Below are positions 50,870-63,529 of a stretch of 64,000 nt of DNA, piece by piece. This DNA is from Vicugna vicugna (taxonomy: Eukaryota). The stretch spans positions 5,181,741 through 5,245,740 of the forward strand of contig MU058636.1 in NCBI GenBank assembly GCA_013265495.1, written 5' to 3'. The notes below the pieces were generated by a model that saw only the letters and a list, made by a program, of their open reading frames with translations, had not been told where the DNA came from and searched no databases. Position 1 is the first letter of the stretch; each line of letters starts with the position of its first letter. The position numbers and the translations under genes were made by a program.

Positions 50870-51245
50870 GATAGGTATCCCCAAGTTGTAGCTGGGAACC
50901 CAACTTGCCAGCTGCAGATTAGTTTCTTAGCTTCCCTTGCAGCTAGGTATGGCCATATGACTTGTTTTGGCAAGTGGGATGTGCAGGACAGAATGTGTTT
51001 GCCACCTTCTGAATCCTCCCCTTTAACATGCTTACTCCGGATACTCTCTTGTTGATTCCCTCGACGGCTGAGAAATGGTGATGACAGGAGAAACCTTGGA
51101 AACACATGGCAGAACCAGCATCATCTCTGGGTTGTCTTCTCTGGGACTGTCATGTGAGTGAGAAATAAACTTCAGTATTGTTTAAGCTCCTGTATTTTTG
51201 TTGTTGTGGTTGTTGTTACCTCAGCTTAGCCTGCACCCAGTTCAT
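50870..51245 (+). mobile_element. Old MLT1 (H/I/J-like) LTR
   Basis: agcttcccttgcagctaggtatggccatatgact...atgtgagtgagaaataaacttcagtattgtttaagc. Confidence 0.75.
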
Positions 51246-52160
51246 ATAAGCATCATCTAAGGGTATCTCTTTCCCTGAACTCCCACCAACACATTGCAGT
51301 TTAAGTCCCCAAATGCTCTCCCTTTTTATCTATGTTTCTTTAATGGCCCCCAAATTCTGTCTTCTTTTATTTACATGTTTAATGGTCATAGGATTACTTT
51401 GAGCTTATTCATTGGAATTCTAACAAGTGGTTCCATGTTTTGCTTCTGGTTTAACCTTGTGCTCCCAATTTAACTTCGGAGGCCCCCTCTACTCCTCTCT
51501 CTGACAGCTAATCTGTCAGGAAATGCTTTGGCTCTACTTTCCAAATAGATCTAGAATCTGACTCCTTTGCACCACCTCCACTGCTACCAACTACCGTGTT
51601 CCCAGCCCCCTTACCTCCCATCTTTTCCCCAAAGAGCAGGCAAAGCGATCCTTCAGAAGCTGCGTGAGTTCACGTTGCTCCTCTGCTCAAACCCTGCAGC
51701 AGTTTCCTGTCGTGTTCAGAATCGGAGCCGGCATTCTCTGTTGTGGCCTTGGTGGCTCCTAGCTCATCCTAATCCGGTCAGCCACACCCTGAACTGAGGC
51801 CCTTTGCATTGGCTGTTCCCTCTGGGTCATTTATTCCTTGTCCAGATGTATTCACAGCTCACTCTCACCTCCTCCAGATCTCTGCTGAAATGCCATCTCC
51901 TCAGTGAAGCTCACCCCAACCATCCTGTTTAAAACTGCAACCAGTCCCATCAGCTGGCAGTCCCGTTCTCCTTCCTATTTATTTTCCTATAGCATGTGTC
52001 TCTGCGCAATATACTGCACACTAAGCAATGTACTTAATATGCTTATTGTTCATTTTGTCTGCTTTTCACTAGAATGTACATGACACAAGAAGAGGGATTT
52101 TGTTGATTTTGTTCGTAACTGTATGCTGAGTGCATAGTTCAATGTCTGGCACATGGTAGA

Positions 52161-53014
52161 TGTGTTTGTTTCCTATCACTGCTGTAATAAATTACCCCAA
52201 GTTTGGTGGCTTAAAACAATACAAATTAATTATCTTACAGCTCTAATATTAAAGTGCTGGCAAGGTTGTTTTCCCTCTGGAGGTTCTAGGGAAAATCTGT
52301 TTCCTTGTTTTTTCCTTTTCTAAAGGCTGCTCACTTTTCTTGATGTGTGGCCCTGCTTCACAGTAACCCCAACCCCAACATCACGTCTCCTGTGAGTCTC
52401 TCTTCCTCCTAATTTCCCTTTTGGACACTTGTGATTACACTGGGCCCACCTATTGTATTAGTCAGCTTGGGCTATCTACCAACCAAATACCTAGGCTGGG
52501 GGGCTTGAACAACAGAAATGAATTTTTTTCACAGTTCTGGAGGCTGGAAGTCTGAGACTAGGGTGCCAGCATGGTTGGGTTCAGGTGAGAGTTCTTTTTC
52601 TGGCTTGTAGATGGCTGATTTCTTGCTATGTCCTCCCTGGTAAAGAAAGAGAGAGAGAGAGAGAGAGGGAGGGAGGGAGAGGCTGAGAGAGAGAGAAGAC
52701 TCCTCCTTGGTGTCTGTGTGAGTGCACTAATCCCATTGTGAGGGCCCTACCCTTTCACCTCATCTAAACCTGATTACCTCCCAAAGACCCCATCTCCAAA
52801 TACTATCACATTAGGGGTTAGAGCTTCAACATACGAATTTTGGGGGACACAATTCCATTCATGGCACTTGGATAATCCAGGATAATCTCTCTTATCTCAA
52901 GATTACTCCCAACTGCTGAGTCCCTTTTGCCCTGCAGCTCCCTTTGCCATACTCATGGGTCCCAGGGATTAGAAGGCGCACGTCTTTGTGGGGGCCACAT
53001 AAATGCCCATCACT
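52161..53014 (-). mobile_element. MLT1C/D-like LTR (degenerate TSD gtaga/gtagg), interrupted at 52454-52866
   Basis: gtttcctatcactgctgtaataaattaccccaagtttggtggcttaaaacaa...gtgattacactgggcccacc|...|ggataatccaggataatctc. Confidence 0.85.
52454..52866 (-). mobile_element. MLT1A0-like LTR nested in MLT1C, containing a (GA)n tract
   Basis: tgtattagtcagcttgggct...cacagttctggaggctggaagtctgag...cttcaacatacgaattttgggggacaca...atggca. Confidence 0.9.
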
Positions 53015-55417
53015 GTAGGCGATCAGTAAGTATTTGCTGAATGAGTGAGTAAACCCTTTGGAATTTTAAATAAATTTCAGGTTTTGGTTTGGTTTCTGTA
53101 CATTTAATTCAAGTTCCAGCCAGCCTGACCTCACCTCTGGCATTCTAGTGGTTAACTGCTCCCAGAGGATCTTGGTGGTGGAAGCCCCTCACCCCCAGTC
53201 TGATGACACAGCCCCAGCCTTCTCCCCTGAACTGTTGCTTCAGCTCGCATCCCATGAAGCTCAGGGCAGATCATTGTGTAGTGTGAAATAGTAACAACTC
53301 CCACTTCATTCCTGTTTCCTCTTTCCAGCCTCTCATTTCTCAAGACACCTTGTAGCCTGGGCCACAATATTGCCCTCTCAGCATCTGTCATTAATCTCCT
53401 CTAACACCACCCCCAGGTCATGCTTCCTGCGAGGGCGCTGGGAGCCCCTCCCTGCCTCCCACTACGGGGAGCACGGCTTGGTGCCGGTACTTTGGTGCCC
53501 ATACACTGGAGTTTTACTGGAATGACTGATCACAAGCGCAGTCGCGTTGTAGTTGCTGCAACATCTAAGAGGAGATATAAACTGCCATTCACTTGTTTAT
53601 TCTTTCCCCAGTGTTTACTGAGCGCTTGGCAAGGCATGAGGGCAGCAAGCTCTGCCCTGGAGAAGCTCACTGGATACAATGTCACAGGAGCACAGGTCAG
53701 AGTGAGAGTGACACGTGCTTCCTCCAAACCACAGGGAATGCTGCTGCTCTCGGCCAGAGTCTGTGTGTGGCCCCTGGGGACAGAACTAAGACACTCTGTT
53801 AGAAGGTCCAAGAAGGCAGATTCTACGGAAGGAATAACAGTTGATTTGTTGTATGTGTCTTCGCCAGGTGGTGATTTCTCTGTCACAGGGAATGTTAAGG
53901 CAGAGGACTCAGGAGAGTAGAGGAGACCCCGACATGGGTGGGAGTTTAGATCATTTGACCTCTAAGCTGTCTTCCAAGTCCAAGATTCCATTTTTTGACT
54001 AGGGTGGAGTCCCAGGCTAGAGAAAGCTGTAAGATTAGGTGTATTTGTCACTATCAGCTGCAAACGACAGACCCACTCTGGCTGGTTTAAGCAGAAAGGA
54101 GATTTGTTTATTAAAGGATATTAAGTCACTCACACAATGGTTGGGATGCTTTCAGAACACAGTGGAGACTGAGCTTCCAGGAACAGGAAACCACTCCTAC
54201 TCTTGTTGCTGCCAAGTGCTGGGTGCTGGGTGCGTCACCTGGAGGGACTGGATGCCCACTGGAAATGATTACTGAGACTGGCTTCCCTCTCCCTTCCTTT
54301 CTCCCTTCTTTGCAATTAGCATCCACTCCTCAAGACTCTGTTCTTTCTTTTTCAATGTTACCTTCATCAGAATATGGGTTCCAGGATTGGAATTTCCCTT
54401 TGTATTATATCATATCTTTTTTTCCTGGGAGATAAATAAAGTTGGAAAAGAAAAGAGTTAAGGAGAAGAAAAGACTTAGGGAGATGAGAATCATTTCCAT
54501 TCATAAAACATCAATTTTTGTTGGTCACTGCACCCGTGGGCACTACAAAACTGAGTTAGTCCTGATGTGATTATTTAGCCCACGTGTTTCCTTTTCTCTC
54601 TCTTACTTTTGTTTCTTTCTCCTTGGGGATAAGGGATGGAGAGTTAGTACTTACAAAGACAAAAGGAAGAAAATTCCTTCCTCTGATTCCATGCCTCAGA
54701 GGTAAGAGGTCAATATCTTCGATCAGGAGATGTTCTTAAAAAACCTAAATTTGTAACACAGTTTGTGTAACTTTCCCTGTTGATGGGCATTGGGGATTTC
54801 CCTATTGTCTGCTGTTACAAACATCTTGACACTGGGCATCTGTGCACTTTTATCTTTGTGTGTTTGTTATTACTGTTGCTATAAGGCAGAGTCCTTGAAG
54901 TAGAATTTCTGCACCACATGACATGGGTATGTGTATTTTTTACAGATGAAGACAAATTACCCTCCTCCAAAGTTGTAAGATTTACATTTTTATCAGTAGT
55001 ATATAAATGCACATTTTCCTGCACTCTAACACCTAAATGTTAAAAATTTCTCCCATTTTTAGGTGAAAGATAGTGTCTCTCTCTTTTAAAAACTTTCTTT
55101 TGCTTCAGTTTAGTAGTTCTTGTTTGCTAACGTTTATTGGACATTTTAATCTTTTTCCTTTGTGACCTGCCTGTTCATTTCCTTTGATGATTTTCACACT
55201 AAGTGGCTTGTCTTATTTTTTCTTTAAATTATTTACAGGAACTCTTTACAGATTATAGCTATTAACTCTTTGCAAATATTTTCTTATAGATCTGACACTG
55301 ACTATAGTGGCTTTAAACACATAATTTATTTGTCAACCTTTTTCTTTATGTTATGTGGGTTTTGCTTCATGCTAGGAAAGGCTTTCTTCATCACAAGATT
55401 GTAAAAATTTTCTCCTA

Positions 55418-55546
55418 GTGGCGAGGGTATAGCTCAAGTAGTAGAGTGCATGTTTAGCATCGCAAGGTCCTGGATTCAATCCCCAGTACCTCCTCTAAAA
55501 ATAAATAAATAAACCTAATTATCTCCCCCCCAAAATAAAATAAAAT
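55418..55546 (+). mobile_element. Camelid tRNA-derived SINE (vic-1 type) with 13-bp TSD
   Basis: gagggtatagctcaagtagtagagtgcatgtttagcatcgcaaggtcctggattcaatccccagtacctcctctaaaaataaataaataaacctaatt, (AAAAT)n tail; TSD aaattttctccta (55405-55417) and aaattttatccta (55547-55559). Confidence 0.92.
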
Positions 55547-55734
55547 AAATTTTATCCTATATATTTTCTAGTATTTTAAATATTTTTTTTCACTTTGCTA
55601 TTTAATCCACTAGGACAACTTTGTTAATGTGATGTGAATTGGAATCTAACTTTTTTTTTTTCCAAATGAGTGGCCATTTACCTCAGTCTTAAAAAAATGT
55701 TTCTTTCCCTAAATTTTAGCTTTTGTTAAATTAC

Positions 55735-55756
55735 TACACACACACACACACACACA
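55735..55756. repeat. (AC)n microsatellite
   Basis: Visible directly. Confidence 0.95.
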
Positions 55757-58659
55757 TTCAAAGCTGTTTCTGTACTTTCTAGTATGTTTCACTGCTTTTT
55801 CACTGTTCCTATTCCAGCAGTATACTGCTTCGATTGTATTAGTGTAAATTTGTCCCTTACTCTTCCTTTCACAATTTTCTTGACTACTTTTGCACAATTG
55901 ACATTTCTTTTATCACAAATGATACTGAATGTTTTTCATGTTTACACCGTATCTGATTTTTCTCATGTTAATTCCTAGTGTGCACTGCCAATTTTCGTAT
56001 GTTGACTTTGAGATAGAGGCTTGACATTTCCCAGTTGAAAGCTGGGCAGGCCCTGGAGGCGTGAAGTGAAAGGGCAGGGAGGTGGTCACAGTGCAGACAT
56101 CCAAATCTGAACTGAACTCTCACAACTGAAGCCAGGGCTAGTTGAGCTCTCAGAAGAGGGGCATCAGGAGGGAGGTGAATGGAGGACCAAAGACTAAGAG
56201 GTGGGGACGGAAAGCAAGAGGAAGAGGAGCCAAGCTAGAATCACGGAATTCACACTGTAGAAGGCAAGCTATGAAGACCAAAATGCTTGGGCCATGTAGG
56301 AGGCCCTCGCTGAAAAAAATAGGACCTTCAGAGTGGACCAGATGGGTGCTAATTGGGCCATCCAAGCTCTGAAGTGTTGACCTTGGTTCTAATCGACAAG
56401 AGACTGGCCATATTCAAAGGAAGAGTGAGTCTGGTTTTGTACTATGTGAAAAGTCTTGTCTTTCCAGTTTTCAGGGCAGCAGTTTGCCCTGTGACCTCAC
56501 TTCTTAGAAGCATCTAAGAGGAGCTGTTGATGTTCACTTTGCTCGTTTTTCTCTTGTGAGGATGGAAATGATGACTTCCAAGCTCTTTACATAGTGACCA
56601 GAGAACTGAAATCCTTTACTTCAAATCTCTGGCTAAGTTTTCTTATTTACTCCCAAAACCCTGTGAAATTTCTCTCTACACAGTTTATCAGATACCTACC
56701 TGTTCCTTCGGTGTGCGTTTTGTTGGTTTCCTCCCTCCTGAAACCCTCTGTCCTCCTGCTCCCATCTGGAATGCTTTGCTCTAAATTGGCTGCATCCTGA
56801 GGCTTCCTTTTGCTGCAGTCCTACACATTCCCTTTATTTTTCTCCTGCTTTGAATCCTCTGTTTAATGTAATTCATGCTTTCTCTTTTTTGGGGGGTTTA
56901 CTGCCTTGTTTTAGTGGGGCATAAAATCATGTTTATATCTTCATACTTTTATGTCTTCAGGTGCATGAAAAGAACTTTTTAAAAGACCATTAATGTCTGA
57001 AGTGTCTATTCTGCTGCCACCCATGGTTATGAGTTTGGGTGTGGTACAGAATTCCAGGTTGAAAATAATTTTCCTTCAGAATATTGAAGCATGGCTCCAC
57101 TGTTCTGTAATTTTCAATGTTTCTTTCGAGAAGTCCAAGGCTACTTTGGTTCTTATCCCCCTGCGCCTCCTGGAAGCTCTAGGATTTTACCTTTGTCTTT
57201 GGGATTCTGAAGTCCCACAGCCACGTGCCTTACTGCTTAGACTCGCTTCGGTAGAAGCTCATGTCCTTCAATTCTCAGACACTTTCTGTTTTCTCCTTTC
57301 TTCCACTTGAGTGCTTACAAGTAATTTGTTTGATCTCCTAAATTTTTCTTAACCTTTCTTTCCTGTTTTCCAGTGCTTTATTTTTTAAGATATTTTCTTA
57401 TTTTCCAGTAATTTTGCCAATTTAAAACTTTTATTTTTATTTGTTATCCTACTCTTAATTTTCAAGAGTTCTTTTTTTGGCTAGCTATTGTTCTATTTTT
57501 ATTCTTATCCTGTTCTTGTATCATAGATGCAATATTTTCTCTTAAAGGAAAGTATTAATGATGGTTTTTGTACTCTTCCATGAGGAAGTTCCCTTCATAT
57601 ATCTGATGCTTCTTGTCTGGGTTCCTTTATATTTAGGAATGAACCACTAAGAAGCTGTCTGGGATCTTTCTGTGCATAGGCAGGGCTTGTGACAGATGGA
57701 GAGTTACTACCAGGAGTTCTGATGGAGTCCTGGAGTCCTGGGAAGGAGAGTTGGGGGGTCCCACTGCTGGCTATGCAGAATTTGGTTTACTCTCCTAAGT
57801 TTGAGTCCCATGCCTCACCCATGCTATTCTCCATGTGTGCTGTACCCAAGGCTGTAGCCCCTTGGATCCATTTCTCCAGAGAGAATAAGTTCCTTATGGA
57901 GCTAGGGGATGGTGGAGCCAGACAGCACTTAGGGTGGAAAATTAGGATCTAACTGCTCCTGCTTTCTGGCCTCCAGAGGCACCTCTCCTTTCATAGCATT
58001 TCAGATCTGGAGCCTTTCTGGAGCCGTATTAGGTAAACCATCTTACTTCTCATGCATCTCTCTCTCCCTCAGCTAACTCACTCACCAGGCCTTCATTTTC
58101 ATTTCCGTTATGTACACTAACCTCTGTCAATCTTGCTGAAGATAGATATGTCTCTGCTTGTTGTATTGAGGGTAGTTGTCAGGAAAAGAAGGGAGGAGAA
58201 ACATCTTGCCTCCAGCCCCTCAGTGCCCTAAGTCCTTGATGGCCATGCTCCCTGCTCCTAGACACCAGCCTGGTTTCAGGACCTGTTTAGTTGATGTGCA
58301 AGTCAGTTCCAGGCTAAGGAGGCAGGAGGAGGTGGAGGGGAGCAGGTGGCACAGGACTTAAGCCCTTGGGCTCCCTGCTCCACTCAGAGAAGATGAATCC
58401 TTCGGGGAACGTCCGAAGCACGCAGAGCCCAGTCTAGTGTCTCCACTGTCTACTTTAGCTCCAAGAGCTCAGCAGAGCTGCAGCTTCCCGGGAACCCACT
58501 TGTCTTGAGCCTTTTATGGAGCTCTTTTCTTGCCTTTTTAGCAGCTTTTTGTCCACCACTCCAGTGCACTTGCTTTTGTTCCTAGGGCATTCCAGCTGCA
58601 TGGTCTTGTTTTTCTGGTCATCTTAATGTCTCCATGTTTAATATTTTGGGACCTTAAGA

Positions 58660-59760
58660 GCCCACAATCACCTGCTTTAGATCACTGGTGCTCTATGCTG
58701 ACCTCATCTTTCCCCTGAAACTTCCAGTTCTCCTCTCCTTCATCTTTCCTCCTCTGTGTACAAATATGTGCAGAGTTCCTTATCTTGAAAAAATTTTCTC
58801 TGAACTCTGCTAACTCCTCAAGTGACCATCCTTTGTCATTCCTTCCACTGGCCAACTTGTCAGAAGAGTATGTACTTGATGCCTTTATTCTTCCATCTGA
58901 CACAGCCTCTCATTTAATGCCTTACATTGTAATCTGTCTCGCTTAAGCCCCTTCACAACTTAAAACATCTGCCTCCAAAGTCACCAAACGATCTAATTTC
59001 TAGATCTGTTGTCTTTTCTCACCAAGTTTGATCATCTCTCCTTTTTGAAATGCTCACATCTTTTCCTTGAAAAACATATTATCTTGGCACTTTTGGCCCT
59101 CCTTGTGGCTTCTTTTTTTCTCTTCCCTTTTTACTCCCCCTACTCACCTGACAGATGGAGATGAGGCACAGCTCTTGGCTTTTAGTTGTTTATTTTCAAT
59201 ACCCCATCTTATTCACTATCCTGGCATCAAAAGCTCTGATCCAAAGGTCTAGTCTGTAACTGCCTTCTGAGCTTCAAAGCTATATCTCCAATTATTTGCT
59301 TAATGTCCTTGCTTACAAATTGACTGACACTTCAAATTTAATGTATTTAGCACTGAATTCATCATTTATCAAAAATTAATTACAGCTCCTGATGTACTCA
59401 GGAATTTCAGTGGTGGTGTCATTTTTATTTTCAACTCAGCTCAAAACATTTAAATCATCATTTACTTTTCCCTCTCAGTTGCCTCCCATATGCAGTCAGT
59501 CTTCTCTTGCATTGCCTCCCATCTCTGCTTCTTTTTCTTTGCATTTTCACCGTGCTAGGCAGAAGCCTTCCTCAGCTCATTATCCACCTTACTATAGTTG
59601 CTTTCAAAGTGATCTTCCAGTTTCTCGTATCTCTCCCTCAGTTTGTGTTACTGACAAATCAATTGATTGGGTTATTAATATTGCACCTTTCTTAAAATAA
59701 GTTGACACATCTTGCTGTTTGCTCTTGTAACTCCACTACTCAAAAACTTTCGGTGACTCC
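58660..59760 (+). mobile_element. Diverged L2 body fragment
   Basis: ctccaaagtcaccaaacgatctaatttctagatc, ctgagcttcaaagctatatctccaatt, cacttcaaatttaatgtatttagcactgaattcatc. Confidence 0.65.
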
Positions 59761-60319
59761 TAAATTGAGGTGGACCACAAAGACCCTTACAGATTTAAAG
59801 TTCAGCTCTTAGATGGTAAATCACGTTTGCTTCTGTTTTGCTGGCAAATGTAAGTGGAACAAGAATAGTAGAGGGTGGGAACAGTGCCTTGTTGCCTTTC
59901 TAGTTCTTTGTGAAGGAGCATCTGATATTTAGTGGCTCTGAAAACCCCTGTGGTTTGAGGAACTTGCTAGGTCAGAGAAACTCAGAGCCCTACTGTCACT
60001 GCCTTTTCCATCTTTTGGGGCTTGTCAGAGGTGTAGTGTACCATGGGAAGTGGGGTATCTTGGCAGTTAAACTATTCCAAAGTGACATAGTTTCATATTC
60101 TGTTTCTTGTTGTATCATCAGACATACCTGAGGTTTCAATAGAGTAGGCTTGGGACATTGCCCACCAAAGTATGTATGCAGGATGTCAAATATGGTAGTG
60201 TTATGACCACTTCCTTCCTTGTGCTCAGGGCAGACATTACTAATCAATCACAGCCTCCTTCATAAGCCAGGATGTGGCTTCAGAATTCTCAAAAAAATTC
60301 TTCAGCCATCTCTTACCAG

Positions 60320-60830
60320 TGGATTCATCCATTCACTCCACAAGTATGCATGTAGCGCCTACAATATGAGGCATTATTCTAGGTGTTGTGAGCACTACAA
60401 AGAAAAAGCTAGATGCCTATCCTTATGGAACTTACATTCTAATTGAGGAAATAAACAAGTAAACAAGATAATTTGAGATAGTCACAAGCTCTATGAGAAA
60501 AATAAAACAGGACACTGTAGTTGAGAGTCACTGGGGGTAGCTACTTTGGACGGAAATCTCAAAAGGACTGTTCTCAGAATGTGGCTTTTGCTCTAAGACT
60601 TGACTGAGGAGAAACAGGTGGTTATGTAAAGAGCATTCCAGACAGAAGGAATGGCCCCGAGGTTGTCCAGTTCCAAGGACAACCAGGTGGAGAATGTGGC
60701 TGGAACAGAGCCGAGTGGGAGAGTGGTATGAGAGGAAGGCAGGGGCTGTGGGTCTATTTTGTTAATTGCTGTATCCCCAGTGCCTAGGATAGTGCCCAGA
60801 ACAAAACCAGTATTAGTTGAATGAGTAAGT
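60320..60830. mobile_element. L2 3' fragments
   Basis: ttcatccattcactccacaagtatgcatgtagcgcctacaatatgaggca (antisense) and gctgtatccccagtgcctaggatagtgcc...ttgaatgagt (sense). Confidence 0.7.
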
Positions 60831-61142
60831 GCATTAGAAGCTCTGATGTGATATGATGATAAAACCTGTTAAAGACTCTTTATTGTCTGACCCCCACCTA
60901 CCTTTTCATCCCACTATTTCCTTGCACAGTCAAATAGACGTTTTTTAACCACAAATACACTGTGAACACTTTTTTCTTCCATATTTTGCTTCCCTATATC
61001 CTTGCCACCCAGTCTCCTTGCAAGTTTTACTCTTTAAGCCTTAGATATTATCCTATCTTCTCTGTGAAACTTTTCAATCAACTCAAAATAGGATAATTTC
61101 TCCTTCCTCTGAATTCCTCTAACACCTATCATAGGTGTCATT

Positions 61143-61760
61143 TGTTAACACCCAACATAATAAACTAAACAACTGATTTGTGGGTTCGTCACCAGTTGTA
61201 GGTTCTGGCTGGCAGAAGTCCCACCGAGATGAAATGAATTACTCAAGACTCTGGAAAAGTCAAGAGATCGAGAGGGAGTCGGGCGGGAGCCCACTCCATG
61301 AGCCTCTCAAATCTCTCATATTTATTGAGTATAGTCAAAGGAGGAATGCAGGAATTTAGGGAAGGACAGGGTGGGATCACAATGAGTACAAAGACTTTGT
61401 TTATTGTTGGTGCTTGGCTCAAGGTCAGAAGACCCTTTCTGGTGAATCATGTTCGTGTTGAACCTTTCAGCTTATCAGGGCGGAAGTATGAGAATCAGCT
61501 GCTTAATAACTTGGACTCAGGTGGCTGCGCCTGTCTTAGGTTGCCCCCCTCAGGGGATCTTACCTGTCATTGGCTAACCAGCCTTCTCAGCTCTGAGTCT
61601 GCAGCTTTTTACCATTCCAGCCCAAAGCTGTTTTGGGGATAGAAGACTAACAGCAGGCACGCCCAGCGTTTATAGCCGGGGGCCTGGGTCATTGCTAAAA
61701 CCTCAAGGCAGTTACTAAGCACATCTTCTTTAAGGAAATAAGCGGCTGGGATCTGTTACA
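61143..61760 (-). mobile_element. Relatively young ERV LTR element inserted in an L2 fragment
   Basis: Minus strand runs TGTAACA...GTTAACA; retains CpGs; minus-strand CCAAT (~61569-61573) and AATAAA (61400-61405, 61321-61326); ATTT on both flanks (61140-61143, 61761-61764) as an imperfectly placed 4-bp TSD. Confidence 0.8.
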
Positions 61761-63349
61761 ATTTGTTAACCCAATCATGGGCTCCCACACTTATTTATTA
61801 TCAGCTTTCTCTGTCCTATTTCTCCCACCCAGTGCTGTCTCTGAGGGCAGGGGTTGTCCCTTATATTTTGAAGTCTTGAGCTCCTCGTGGTTGCTTTGCC
61901 CATGGTGGTTACTGAGAGAGATTTTTGTTGATGATATCAATGTCTCCTCATAGGAGCTGATGTCTGTGACCACTCAGCTGAGAGCAAGTGGGGGTGGTGT
62001 TCTGTTCAGGCCCATATGAGTCAGTGAACCCCCTTCTGTTCCCTTGGCAGGGGAAGACTCTGCTGGTCCTGGGAGTGCACGGGAGAAGGGACTGGATGAA
62101 GGATGATGGCAGTTGGATGACTCCCTTTAGGTTGCTGAAAATCATCACCATGACAAAAGTCAGTACGTAAATTTAAAAATCTCCACTAATCTGTTCTCTG
62201 TACCTCAAAAAAAAATTCCTTTGATGCATCAATAACTTCACCTTCATATTCAAAGCCCAGCAAGTTAATTAATCTCTTATTTGCGGAAGAACAAAGCATT
62301 GAATGAAATCCACATTTTAGATGTTGGGTGGGGCCTGTTGTGAAAGAACCAAAATAAAACTCAACAAATGCAAAGCAGCAGTAGCAATTATTCACACTTC
62401 AGGAATCTAGAATTTAATAACCATGAAGAGAACCTTGATAAACAGTTAAGTTCTGGAAATGAAGTTTAATTATCATGTAATCTTTTTCATTGGGTTAAAT
62501 TAACTATCACCTGGGAACACCCTGGAAATGCTGAAAGCTATGATGTTCAACTGGAGATATGTGTGTTTTATGTCCTCCTCAGAGAGAGAACTTCAAATGT
62601 GAAGGATTTAGTCACTGTGTCCCTTTTAAAATCAGTACCCTAAAAAAATCTCTCTCTCTTTTAAACTGTTGGTTAAATAAAAGTAGCAATAAATACAATC
62701 TGCCCTGAGCAAACAGACCCTACATCAGTAAGTGAACATTTGGCCCGAGCTATTTTCCATGAGACCCACGAAGCATTTCTAATTGAAACTTAACAAGCTA
62801 CAAGGAGCAGACACTCTAATCTTCAGCTCTAGAAAGGAAAAGTGATCCTACATACAGACATAGAAGCCTTTTAATTTAGCTGGAAGAGAGTGTGACTGTG
62901 TGGTTTCGTGGTGTAATTTTTTTAATTGCTAGAGTATCATTGTTATTTCACATTCATCAAAAAATGTAAATGCCACATGTAACAGAATAGCAATGTCTTG
63001 TTCCAGCCTGATGGCTTAATCTTACTAATCATGATAATATATGCTAGTTGGAGTTGGGTATAGTTCATGAAATACTAGAATAAATTTGTTGTGCTTACTT
63101 TTTAAGGAAATTAATAGAAGTGCCTTCATCTGCAACATTTAAGACTACTGATTTTAAATTTGTATGAAACAGAGCAGGGATGATCACTGGGTGAGAATGG
63201 ATGTACCTCTGTGAGGATCTTAGTCTTTCAGCACAGGGGCAGGTGTGCTGAGACTGAGGCACATGTACTGGAGAGGGATTCAAAGATATTAACAAGGACT
63301 TACATTTGTCTGGGCTTTCCATATGTGAGTTCTCTGTGTACATACTTTT

Positions 63350-63490
63350 TTTCATGTGAGCATCACAAGCCTCTACGGTGGCAGGGCAGACACGGCCATC
63401 TCCATTTTATAAGTAAGGATCCTAACACTTGGAGAGATTGTCCCAGGGCCAAGATCACAAAGGTGCAGCCCAGACCGTCCATCCCCAGTT
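63350..63490 (-). mobile_element. MIR fragment
   Basis: catctccattttataagtaaggatcctaacacttggagagattgtcccagggccaagatcaca. Confidence 0.6.
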
Positions 63491-63529
63491 ATTCATAGAT
63501 CAGATAAACACACACTCAAAGGGACACTG

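Larger units (their letters stand above)
51500..53052 (+). mobile_element. L2a 3' end interrupted by nested MLT1C and MLT1A0 LTRs
   Basis: L2 tail gtctggcacatggtaga|...|gtaggcgatcagtaagtatttgctgaatgagtgagt rejoins across 52161-53014. Confidence 0.8.
54750..57560 (-). mobile_element. Patchwork of very old L1 (L1ME/L1M-type) antisense fragments
   Basis: gttgatgggcattgggg, cctgttcatttcctttg, cagaattccaggttgaaaataattttccttcagaatattgaagc; interleaved with other sequence around 56000-56600. Confidence 0.6.

Noticed and set aside
51501..51519. Hairpin ctgacag-ctaat-ctgtcag
   Set aside because: A 7-bp stem is expected by chance in 64 kb and has no supporting context.
53420..53920. Longest ORF in the track (166 aa)
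   Set aside because: No recognisable domain, overlapping ORFs on both strands, no convincing exon structure; consistent with chance in GC-richer sequence.
61140..61778. atttgttaac(a)cccaa at both ends of the LTR as a long TSD
   Set aside because: ERV integrases make 4-6 bp TSDs; the left copy is mostly the element's own terminus and the right copy fits the host L2, so the extra similarity is probably coincidental.
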